Shown in pieces: positions 1 to 10,759 of a DNA stretch of 20,000 nucleotides (its first letter is position 1; each line of letters starts with the position of its first letter). The stretch comes from Gonapodya sp. JEL0774. Its lineage: Eukaryota. A program made the position numbers and the translations under genes. The stretch covers positions 175,450-195,449 of the forward strand of contig JADIIX010000027.1 in assembly GCA_027604505.1 (NCBI GenBank), given 5' to 3'. The notes beneath the pieces were generated by a model that did not search any database, was not told the origin of the DNA, and saw only the letters and a program-made list of their open reading frames with translations.

Positions 1-1986
1 GAGGTAGCGAGTGAAGGAACAGTGGGCGGTTTGCGTCCAACAGCACGTCGGGTGAGTCGCGTTTCCGACGCGGATGCAGACAAGTCTATTGGCGACACAT
101 TACTGATAGCAATCACAGGGGGGTCTGGCACTTGAGCGATTTGTACCACTTCCACTCCTCCAACGTAATGTGGCTGGGATTTGCTGAGGGCGCTACCCTT
201 GCGCGGTTTCTTCTGAGCCGTCGATACACCAATAGAACGCTCTGCTTTTGCCGCCTTGATGGCAGGTTTCCTCGGCGGTAACGCTCTCAGTGTTGGGGAC
301 AACTCCTCGTCACTCGTGTCATCAGCTGCAGCATTGTTTTCTTGCGGCACTTTACCTCCATCTTTGAGAATAGTCCCGTTCTTCAGACTCTGTCCTCGCT
401 TGTTCGTCCATGACTCCCCTGTTATGGGAAAGTCTGTCTGACCTCTTACTTCCAAGTCCGAAGTGCCTGGGATTCCGTTGTCGATTGGCGTCGCAAATAG
501 GGATTTCTCAGTGCCATACGCAGAATCTGTACCATGTTCCAGTGGCAGGGCAGCTGTAGGATCTCTGAGTACGGGACGGTGTCGTGGAGGGGTGGGAGGA
601 ACTGAGGGCGAAGAAGATGAAACCATCGCCGATGGAGGATAAAGGCAGAGTGGAGGCGAAAGTGAACGGGTGTGTGCAGGGAAGAAAGATCGCGGTGAAC
701 CGGAGACGCCAGTGGTAGGATGATTGTCATCTTGACCTGAGAGTTCATCCTTTGCTTCTCGAGAATCGGTACCAGCGACAGGCGCATCGCCTTTATCTTT
801 CCCACCCCCATCAGCGCCATCGTCATGATCATCTTCTGGTACCTCACCACCACTGGCAGGTCCTGAACGAGATCCTTGTCTACCGCGACTGTCTTCCCCA
901 CCTCCGCTCGCATTTCCCCTTGGACCTTTTCCACCCAGGCTACCCCCAGGATCTTCATCACTATCAGTGTTGGGTCGCCGTCTTTTGACATCATTATTAT
1001 GGGCCTCAGCCCGTCGTGAACCACGCCGACTGGTTGACGGTCCACTGTCCTCCTCGTTCTGAGGTTCTTTTGCCTCCTCATCTTTCTCTTCGTCATCGAT
1101 ATCATTCCTGTGCATCTGAGCAATTTCCCGTTTCTTCAAAGTGCCTTTGGCTGGGGCCGTTCGACCTTTTGGAGCTGCCTTGGGTTTCGTAACGGGAAAC
1201 TTGGCTTTGCCCTTCACAGCAGTAGTTTGCTTAGCACTTCTCTTTTTGGGTTTGTTGAATGTATCTTGATCCACTGGTTGGGAAAGGGGGAGATCCCAGA
1301 TGGAGGCAGGGCTGTGTGATAGAAGAACAGGTGAATGCGAAGAAGCGCCGGCGTCGAACGGAGCGCACGCACCTTGAAGAAACAGCTGGGATTGACGATT
1401 TCATTCGATTTTTGAGAGGGTGAGTGGGTGGGAGCGAGCGTGGCGACGATTTAACGGCGCGAGCGACTGCACCAGACTGCCGAGAACGCGGCGCGTTGGT
1501 GGAAGCAATGGGGTGATTCGTTGCAGATGCAGCGTGTCGAGTCCGATTAGGAGATGACTCAGAGGTGGGCACTAGGGATGTGGCGGTACGGCTGGCGATA
1601 GTGGGCGATGGAAGGTTGGAAACCAGTTCGACGGCGGAGATTGGCGAATTGTTCGCCGCGCTCTGACGCCGGAGCTGGCGCTTTTCCGGTCCAACGGTCT
1701 TCGCCTCAGCCTTTTCACGCGTTGCTTCTGTCCTTCTTCTCTTTACACCCTTGCGGTTAGCCGTTTCCGCTCGATTGCCATTCCCTACTTCTGCGTCGAC
1801 AGACATCTCATCTGCCGGCTCCTTCTCTTTCTTCCCAGCGCTACCTCCAAAGTCTGTAGGAAGACGCCTCTTACGTGACCCATATGTTGTGTGGGTGAGT
1901 CGGCGCATCGTCAGCGCAGTTGAGAACAAAGGGGCATCTTGAGAGAGCGACGACGAATCTCCGGTGGGTGATAATGATGACGCCAT
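1..1986 (-). CDS. 5' part of a long, low-complexity, basic/acidic putative nuclear protein (>640 aa, continues beyond the window)
   Basis: Exon 1986-1373, intron 1372-1312 (GTGCGT...CACAG, 61 nt), then an exon from 1311 that I translated stop-free to position 1 (SPASIWDLPLSQPVDQDTFNKPKKRSAKQ...). Several NLS-like clusters (RKRR, KRRR, KPKKR). No folded domain lies inside the window. Confidence 0.8.
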
Positions 1987-2273
1987 CTGGTCAGGTCTGT
2001 TCGGCTTTGCTTATTCACTTGGTCTCCCAGATTCAATGTATCGATGTCGCCAGTTCCCCAAAAGTGGTCTTCGCATCGTGGTTATGTACAGGTGCTCCGA
2101 CCAGCCCCAGGCCACGAGAACCACACAACGCCTGGACACTTGAAACAGATCTCAAAATACTTAAGCAATCTCATCGACACTACGGAGGTCTGTTCCCCGA
2201 CTAACTACGTGCTATAGTGAGAGTGTACCACCGATACGCTGTTCCGAAACAAAACTACGATCACATCGACACA

Positions 2274-3937
2274 TCAAAGTTGACCGGAGTTAGCAATAAC
2301 ACATGGCTAGTAGAGCCACGTGAATCACGGAGACAGGTGGATGAGGGAAAAAGATGAGAACAATCGCGTGAAGGTGCCATCCTTAAATGCCCTGTTCTAT
2401 CAACTCCAACGTTTGCCTGGAACCCACCTTCAGCGGTTTGTCATCCCCGTCAACCTTCTGCGTCTCAATCTTCGTCACAACGTCCATGCCATCTACAACC
2501 TAGAAGTTCACGTTGCCATTTGCCAAGTCCCCAAATTGACGTAAACGTTGGGCGGACAATCGCGACCATGGTGCGATCGAGATACAAAGGTCATCCCAAA
2601 AAGCAACGTCACAAAACTTGGTCAGCACGTTACTTTTGAGCAAACCACTTAGTTGTCCCAACATCCCACCTTCCCAAAGACGACATGCGCGCCATCCAAC
2701 CAATCAGTCTTCACGGTGCACAAAAAGAACTGACTGCCGTTTGTGTGTGGTCCAGCGTTGGCCATGGACAGTATGCCGGGACCAGTGTGTTTGAGCTTGA
2801 GTGTCCCGGAACGAAAGGGAGGCACGGTGACCGAATGGAGGCAGACGGTTTGACAGAAGAAAATAAGATTGAGGATTGTGTGAGCAGTCTGACACAGCAC
2901 AACAAGCACCTTGAAGTTCTCGTCTGGGAAGGTCTCGCCATAGATTGACTCCCCACCCGTGCCATCGCCACGGGTGAAGTCACCTCCCTGCCAATTTTTC
3001 AGGCATGTGCAGTGTGGAGAAAAGGAGGGATACGTGAGTGATGGATTGGGACGATGAGGAGGAAATGGAGGATTAGCGAGAGAGAACACAAGCAGATTAG
3101 TGGACGGACGAGGTAGAGGAACAAATCACCAAACAACAATCTGTTGTAGTTCTGTGGTCGGCAAGGTAACCGTGGCGTGCAGCTTAAGTTGTCAATGACA
3201 TACAACCTTGGCATCGAACGCACTGTCTTTACGTGATAAGAGTGTCCCCAAGCCCCCCTCGTCCTCTGTCCCCCCCCCCCCCCCCCACCTCCAACGCACC
3301 TGGATCATGAATTCATGAATGACACGGTGGAAAGTGGATCCCTTGAAGTGGAGAGGTTTGCCGAGTTTGCCCTTGAGGAGGACGACGTTCCGGGGAATGA
3401 CCATGGCCGAGGACAGACCGTGTTTGGGTGGGACATGATGTAGGACACGCGTAGGGATCCAATTCTCGGAGAGAAACTTTACAGCTCACCCTGCCTTTCT
3501 CTCCGGTGCAGAGGCAACGGAAGTTTTCGGCGGTTCTGTTCGCCGTGATAGACTTTGCTTATAGAAATCTGTGTTACTAAGGGTGACGAATCTGACGTAC
3601 TTGGGGACAACATCGGCATACAGCTCCATGATGATGCGACCTGCGGGGGCACCCTTGGAGAATTAAATGTTTTGAAAAGGATGAGTGTACAATGGGTCTG
3701 GGGGAACTGAGGAACGACGATCAATAAGCCAAACGTACACCGATTGTGATGTCAAAAAATACGCGGGGATTCGGCACTGGAGCAGACCGGTTATTATTGG
3801 CATAGTTTTCGGTGTTTGGTGTTTGGATAGTTCGGAATTTTTGGAAGGGGGAGTGAACAAGGTATTGGTGCGGGTTGACGGGAGATTCGCGCGGATGTGG
3901 CGATTGGGATCATTGCAATAACAGAGAAAATCTCACT
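2274..3937 (-). CDS. Cyclophilin-type peptidyl-prolyl cis-trans isomerase, divergent-loop class, 172 aa
   Basis: Exons 3937, 3776-3739, 3653-3601, 3535-3490, 3371-3300, 2987-2910, 2795-2670, 2499-2428, 2306-2274 total 519 nt. They give [172 protein letters not shown]. All hallmark motifs are present (FHRVI, QGGDF, SMANAG, NGSQFF, WLDGxHVVFG). Confidence 0.97.
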
Positions 3938-4720
3938 TGCGGTATCTGAATGAAATCCGGATTGTTGCGATACCAGAGGGGGGAGAAGCACGTGTGTGCA
4001 CTGCCGGCCACCCGACCACAGCTCACTTCCAAATAAACTCTTCTCTTATAAGAGTACCATTATGTAACAAAAAAGGCCCGGCAGCAAAATTATTACTACA
4101 GGTCCAGAAAGAGTGCGCCGCCAAAATTTTTGTCAGCTGATTTTGTCTTGCTCCAACACTCCGCGAAAGTTCAACATTTATGTCATCTCTTCCCCATCGC
4201 AACAATTCGCTTTCGTTCTCGAGTTATATATTAGGAAATGTGATCAAAGAATCACCACAATCCCACCCCCTTGATCTGATCTGGGCTCACAGTCCAGCAG
4301 CCCACTCTCGCTTCAAGATTATACGATATCAACGGCAGAAAAAGAAGCACAAAGGGCTTTTCTTCTTTGTTTCTCTTGAATGAACATGATCATTGATCGT
4401 CGCCGACGGGATTCATAGTAATTTTCACATAAAGCAGGCATCCGGTGAAACCCTGAGCGGTCAGTCATGTCGCACTCTCAAAACGTAGCACTCAACAATC
4501 GTCACCATTCAAATCAATGATATTCAGACTCAGAGAACAACACTCATCTTATAACACACTGATTTCACAGAGAACTGCTGCCAAGCGAAGGGTTTTGATC
4601 TGGGTTGCCCCATTTGCGGCCACGCGGACTCCTGCGGCGGCTCCCCTGTTCCTCTGCACGATTTCATTTTTACATCATTCGTGAACCACAAATAGGATTT
4701 TATCTGCTTCACCCTCGCAA

Positions 4721-7360
4721 ATGCTCACGCGCTGGGCGCTGCCCTTATGGCTGGCCACGCTTTGGGCCGCGAACATTGCTGTTTCTGTTACATGGGCGAA
4801 CCCGACGAACGGTGGAGATATCTGCTCGCTGGCCGACACAACGCAGTGAGTTGCGATTTTGAAGAGAGTGTGTGGATCTGGGGAGACGTATGGTGGAGGT
4901 TAGTCGGATTCGAGAGGCGGACGAAAGCTGACAGTTTTTTTGCCCCACATTGGGAACGCAATGCGGATCGTCACCCGTGAACCACCAACTCAACGTAATC
5001 CTTCCTCCTCCATTCTACCATGAAATTGAAAGATTGGTTGCATCACATGGAATGGGAGCTGTCAACGCGGCAGCGTCTCTTGCTGCAAAAATCAACGATG
5101 ACTACTCTGTATCGATTACCGTGGCGGGCGTACCCACCTTCAGGGGCATCGGTGCGTGTTCCGATCTCATTGTTGTTTCCCCTCGCCCTTGATTTCTCTC
5201 GACGTCCTCTTAACCTCCTCTTCTCGCCTCTTACTGGTTGACAACACCTGTTCTCTCACTGTATGTGCCAGTCCTCTGGATCCGAGAGCCCCTCAGTTCC
5301 GTCCACCTGGGTTCGTGGACCCTCCCCTCGGCTCTCTATCAGTCCAAAGACTGTACAGCGGGGACCTCAGGTGCCACGTCGGCCGCATCTACACTGCAAC
5401 ACAACAGCGCGGTGGATAAAACAGACACGGTGTTCACGTGGATACCGAATCAGGCCGATATGGGGAAGACGGTGATGGTGGAGGGAGTGTGTGAGTGAAT
5501 TTGAGGATACGCGTGGAACATATCCAGGACTTTTCTCATTGAATCGACAATAAACGTGACTTACCAGTCGTGGTCACCACTTCGAACTGGTTTACGCTCG
5601 CAGGCAATGTGTGGGCAATGCCGTCTGCAGGTGAGTGTCTTTCCCTTGAGAGAAGCCCACCCGCGAATGTCCAATGGAAAGGCTTGTGGGGGGGGAGGGG
5701 GGAGGAGAATTTGCGAAGATGTCGGATAAACATCCAAACTCTGAATCGGTATTGGTACAAAATGCTATAGTGCAGGTTGAGGTCCATGCGTCAGCCTCTG
5801 GGACTGTCATAAGTGAGATTCTAACCACTATCCGCACTTTCTTCCACAAAGCTTTGGCTGCTGCTGCTCCCCTCCCCACAACTTCAGTGGTTGTGCCCAT
5901 CATGCCAAAACTGCCCATGACCACCAGCGTCATGCCCGTAGTGCCGGCTGCACCGACAATGTCCCTGGCCACATCCACTGCCCCAATGGTCATCGCTCCA
6001 AAGATGTCCATGACCACACAGGGGACACTTTTGGCCCAGGCGAGGCCCACAACGACGGTGGCTGGAGCTGCTGCGAAACCCATCATGGCACCCGTTGTGG
6101 CACCACCCGTGCCCACCGTCGCTCCTGTAGCTGCCCCCCCGGTTCCTGCACCTGCACCCCAAGCCCCCGTGCTACCCCCAGCATCCACGGGAACGTTCAT
6201 GCCATCCGCTGCCCAAGCAGCTATCCACACCGGTATCGGATGGTGTGCGAGGTGGTTCAACGGAACGAGGATGATGTTGGGAATAAGCCAGGGGACTATA
6301 ATGCACAAGAAGACAACAATGAGTGGCGCAACACATAAGACGAAAGCATCGGTATCGCACAAGACTACCGCCAGCGGTGCTAAATCCAAAGCCTCGGTTT
6401 CTCACAAAACCACGGTGAGCGGTTCAACGGTGAAGGCAGCAAAGACGCACATGAGCACACCGAGTGGTGTGGTTCAGAAGTCCGCTGCAACTGCGACGCC
6501 GATGGTAATGGCGGCTGCGGGGAGTACTAGTAACGGAAATGGGAATGTCATGCGTGCAGGTCACAGTTTTGTGAGTGCTTCAAAAATCCACCCCGTTGTT
6601 CGTCGCTCTATTTCTAAGAGCATTGGTTTGCTCCCTTGAAGAAACGCTGGATGCCCGACCCAGCAGCTGCACCACTAGCTGCACCTGCCCCTGCACCAGC
6701 CTGGTCTCTCTCCGCCCGCGACGGATTCCGCGATGCTCCATACATGGACTACGGCACCGAAGACCTTGGTTTTCTTGATTTCTTTCCACCTGGTGCGCAG
6801 GCAGCCACCGCCCCGAAGCAAGACATGACACCGGTGACGAACGCACCTCCCAACGCCGGTTTGACGAGCACTACTACAAACATCAACACAGACATCGGGA
6901 GTGACGCTTGGTTCGATCCTTTTACGAAGTCGAAACTGGGATCCTGTGGAACAATGTATCGAAGCGATGATTTCGTGGTGGCTATGGTACGTTTCCTGAA
7001 CAGAGCGTGGTGCAGCGTGGCAAGTGAAACTCACCAAAGGGTGATACGGATAGAACGCGATCGATATGGTCAATTTGAACGCATGTGGAGCAAAGGTCTT
7101 GGTCACTTCCAAAATGATGGGGATGACCGCCCACGCAACTCTTGTGGACACGTGAGTCGGTGACTGCGCTTGGTTCCAAACATCCTACGGATAGTCACTG
7201 GCTTTTGTTCTCTAGATGTTTCGCATGTCCCCAAAACTCCCTTCTACTCTCCAAAGCCCTTTGCCAATTTATGGGTGCGGCCACCGATGTCACGATCGAG
7301 TGGGCCGTGGAGAAGGTGACGATGGCGCAACCGAGCAGTATGAACATGATGGGTCTTTAG
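4721..7360 (+). CDS. Secreted multidomain protein: signal peptide + Reeler-like domain + long low-complexity linker + DPBB (RlpA-like/loosenin/expansin-like) domain, about 637 aa
   Basis: Exons 4721-4845, 5033-5151, 5272-5490, 5568-5630, 5771-6570, 6642-6986, 7054-7151, 7216-7360 total 1914 nt, with all phases compatible. Signal peptide MLTRWALPLWLATLWAANIAVSVTWA. Reeler-like motifs: YSVSIT..TFRGIVLWI..LGSWTL..KDC..TLQHNSAVDK..VFTWIP. DPBB motifs: WF..LGSCG..DDFVVAMN..ACGAKVLVT..ATLVDTCFACPQNSLLLS. Confidence 0.85.
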
Positions 7361-8024
7361 AATGTCGCAAGTTGACGTTAATGGACGACCGGATAGAGTG
7401 GAGGCAGGCTCCCTGGGACTTCAATTTTATATTTATTACCCCAAGATTCTCTCTTTACCACTGTAATATTGCAATGCCGTTTGAAACAGGTGGTGGGAAT
7501 GCGAGTGTGCAACTTCTGATACCAGGTGAATACAGAACCATTCGAAACAAGTCTGGGTGTAATTGCAAGTGTGAGAGCATGTGAGGCACTAAAGGGACTC
7601 ACTAGGCCACGTCAGATCCACCCTCTGTCCACCTTCTCACCGCAAAAAGCGAAGCGTTTTGATGCATCGTTTTCAAGGATAATCATTTTCGAGTTCCAAT
7701 TCAATCTGCGCTAATTCGGTCTTTCCTCATCTTTGTAATCTTGTTGATTCAAAATGTTCACGAGGGAGACAGTGCGGATAAAGCCCCTTGGCGGTGGCCA
7801 CGAGATGTCGGCAGTCAGCGCGCATATTCAACCGCCGCGCGGATGATTGTGAAGCCCAGACCACTCTTATAAAACACCAAGTAAGTGCGAAAATACCGGA
7901 TTCGAGCGAGGATCCGAACAATCCGTTCTTGCTGGTGGGTGTTCGCAACAATCAGTGTATCTGAATTCATTCCTCCTTGCTGTTGCTGACACGAATCGTT
8001 AAGACCTTTGAGAGAAGGATGATT

Positions 8025-9275
8025 ATGGCTTCTCACTTGACCTCTTTTGGCATCATCCTTGCAATTGCTGCTCTATCCCCCTCAGTCGTCGCCGCTCCAC
8101 CAGCTGCAGCTGGAGCGACGCAGATTGACTCATCTCTCACCAACTCGTTAATTTTTAACGCTCGATATGCACTTGCTCCGTATTGTCAGGTTGGGCGCAA
8201 CAACAACAATTGGGGCTGCATCTCACAGCTCTGTTCTGGATCGACAGCCGGGACCCAAGTTCTCGGCTCGCTTGACAACCCTCTCAGGTACGTTGGGAAC
8301 GAACAAAGATGATTGGATTTCCTTCCCTCTAATAATCTTCGGCGCAGGGCCAACAACTATGCTGGATATCTCGCAATCGAGGTGCGTTCTGCACACTGAA
8401 TGCAACCTGGAGCTTCCTCTCTCATACCGAATATTGCTTTTAGCCCGACGGCACAACAGCCGTCTTTGCTATAGCTGGTTCTCAATCCACCAGTGACTGG
8501 CTCCTCGACGCTGCATTGCCGCTCACTTTCGATATTCAATCATACTTCCCGAATGCTCCACCGCTTTCGTCTGTCCATGTTGGCTTTTGGAAAATATTCA
8601 AAGCGGGCTTGCCTTCTATTCAGGTGGGCTTTAACTCGGTTATTACTCTTGTCGTGGTCAGTTGCATTAAACCATTACTGTTGTTGCAGAACCACATCAA
8701 CAATACGCTTCCTAAATACCCGAAAGTCAAAACCGTTGTTTTCACTGGCCACTCGCTTGGTGCTGTACAACAGAACCTCAATGCAGCATACTTCCAACCC
8801 CAGCTCGCGGCACGTGGCTACACCGTTAAGACCTACGCTTACGCACCTGCGCGTACTGTGAACGACGTCTTTGCCAAGTATCTGTCTCAGCAGCCGGCGT
8901 TCGCCGACGATAAGTTTTTCCGGATCGTTGGGCGCCACGACCTCGTTCCACGACTCCCCACTCCCTACGCACCCACGTTTTACACCCACGTCGGGACCGA
9001 GTACTTCGTTGACGGTCCAGCTGGATCTACAAGTCTCATCTACAAATGCCCCGCGCCAAGTCTGGGTCAAGAGAACTTGTACTGCATGCAAGCTGTCGCA
9101 CCGATCGAACTAAGTCTCCTCCCAGGTCACGTAGACTACTTTGGTAAGCTTTCTAAGCGTTATTCCTCCGTCAATTATAATGTTATTTGAATTGACGGAC
9201 AACAATTTATGACTTTCAGGTCTGTCGGACTTTATATTGCCGTGCTATGTTGCGAATTACGGACTCTTGTCGTGA
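8025..9275 (+). CDS. Secreted class-3 lipase (fungal lipase/feruloyl-esterase-like alpha/beta hydrolase)
   Basis: Exons 8025-8287, 8348-8381, 8444-8623, 8690-9143, 9220-9275 (an alternative ATG lies at 8019). Signal peptide; VHVGFW; nucleophile elbow VVFTGHSLGA; HDLVPRLP (Asp); YTHVGTEYF; GHVDYFG (His). Confidence 0.93.
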
Positions 9276-9689
9276 GAAAGAACAGAATCGAAGGTTTCTT
9301 CCTCACTAAGGTTATGTATTGTACAGCAATATCTGTTGAAAAAACCTCGCCTATGTTATGTACCTGTACAGGATTAGTATCAGTGGAAAAATGTTAAGAA
9401 TGAGAACTGCTGTCAACATGTGTGCCACGAGCCGCACCCTTACAATGAATACCATAAGGGCAAGCAATAAATCTATCTAGTCACGGAAGTAAAACAATTT
9501 GTAGATAGTACTTTGTCAACCACTCGCAAAGCAGGAGTGCACACTTGCCACCGTGATGGTGCTGGGGCACACAATGCCGTTGCAAGAGGGCAATGTGCCT
9601 AGCGGTAAACCATGCGGGAGCCATTGAGCAAGCGTTACGCAAGGCAAAATATGAAGACCAAGCAGGCACGACGGTGAGACGGGTGACTG

Positions 9690-9875
9690 GGGCCCCCCGG
9701 CGGCCGCGGCGGGGGGGGGGGTGGCGGGCGGGGGGGGGCGGGGGTTGGCCGGGCGGTGGGGGACGTGGTGACCGGGAGGGTGTGGTGGGGGGCGGGGGCG
9801 GCGAAGGAAGGGGGGGAAGGGGGGGAAGAGGTGGTGGTGGAGGAGCGGCGGTTGAGTGCAGGGAAAGGGGAGGAC
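9690..9875 (+). repeat. G-rich low-complexity tract with many G-runs (G-quadruplex-capable)
   Basis: Runs such as the long G stretch at about 9711-9721, G8 near 9730, and repeated GGGGG/GGTGG units. Confidence 0.75.
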
Positions 9876-10537
9876 AAGTGAAGGAGGACCTCCTTGCGAT
9901 CAGCTGTCGGTGCGACTCGCTTTCTTGCCGCGGCTGCCATCGTACTAACGGACAACGATTCTAATTATGAACCCTCGATCGCTAGCTATAGCTCGTGTAC
10001 ACAAGACATGTTGTTTATCCGGGGGAAAAAAAAAAGGAAAGCTTGATTTTGGCTGTCTGTGGGAACATGCAGTGCGAAAGCGACATTTCAAGGGGGGTCC
10101 GCACAATGACTCATCGGAGTAACAGGCATCTACCAAACGGCGAACGGTGAGCATGATTTGTGCATGCAATTTGCTGACGAATTTCATATCCAGGTGGCCT
10201 GTATGTACCATTCCATTTCATGTTGGCGAAAGAACTGTGCCATCATGCACAAGAAATGTAATCGATTGCCGGCACCGACCTATGCCAACTCCAACCCTGT
10301 CCTCGATGGTTTGGAACTATGGGCGAACCATATGCAGTGCTCGTTGGTATCCGATGATGAAAGCCGTGAAGCGCTCTGGTGCTGGGGACATATGTAAGTG
10401 GCACTGAACCCCTCCGAATTTATTATATTGTAAGGTATCATCCAAAACCCGTATATGAGAGCTTGAAGGAAGTATATCCAACAGAGCTCCATCAAATCTC
10501 TCAAGCACTTGACTTTCGTCTCCCCAAGAATGACTGA

Positions 10538-10759
10538 ATGAGAACGGCAATGACCCTCGCGCTCACCTTTGCCCTCGTCGTAGTACTCACCTCGGCGCCG
10601 GCGCCAGCTTTTGCTGTGCCCCGGGAGGTAACTTTATCAGCTTGTGCGGCCGCTATCGATTGTAATATTCGGATGTGCGGCACGAAGGTGTCGAATTTGA
10701 AACAGTACGCCAAGGATTGCACAAATGGACTCGGGGCGTACATGTGCGCAACTGTTTGA
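10538..10759 (+). CDS. Putative small secreted cysteine-rich protein (73 aa)
   Basis: Single ORF with a signal-peptide-like N-terminus (MRTAMTLALTFALVVVLTSAPAPAFA) and a mature part of about 47 aa with 5 Cys. No family recognised. Confidence 0.55.
   Translation: MRTAMTLALTFALVVVLTSAPAPAFAVPREVTLSACAAAIDCNIRMCGTKVSNLKQYAKDCTNGLGAYMCATV

Noticed and set aside
446..1123. 225-aa minus-strand ORF in the ORF track
   Set aside because: It is an alternative frame of the long exon; the splice phase selects a different frame that is open to the window edge.
4043..4054. 12-bp palindrome CTCTTATAAGAG in the divergent promoter region
   Set aside because: Palindromes of this length are expected by chance in 20 kb.
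5592..6389. 265-aa minus-strand ORF with hydrophobic stretches
   Set aside because: It is the antisense shadow of the Pro/Thr/Ala-rich exon of the Reeler-DPBB gene.
7866..8003. TATAAAA plus a possible 5'-UTR intron (GTAAGT at 7881 ... GCTGAC ... AAG at 8003) upstream of the lipase
   Set aside because: Each is plausible alone, but the TATA is too close to the donor for both to hold, and neither can be verified without transcripts.
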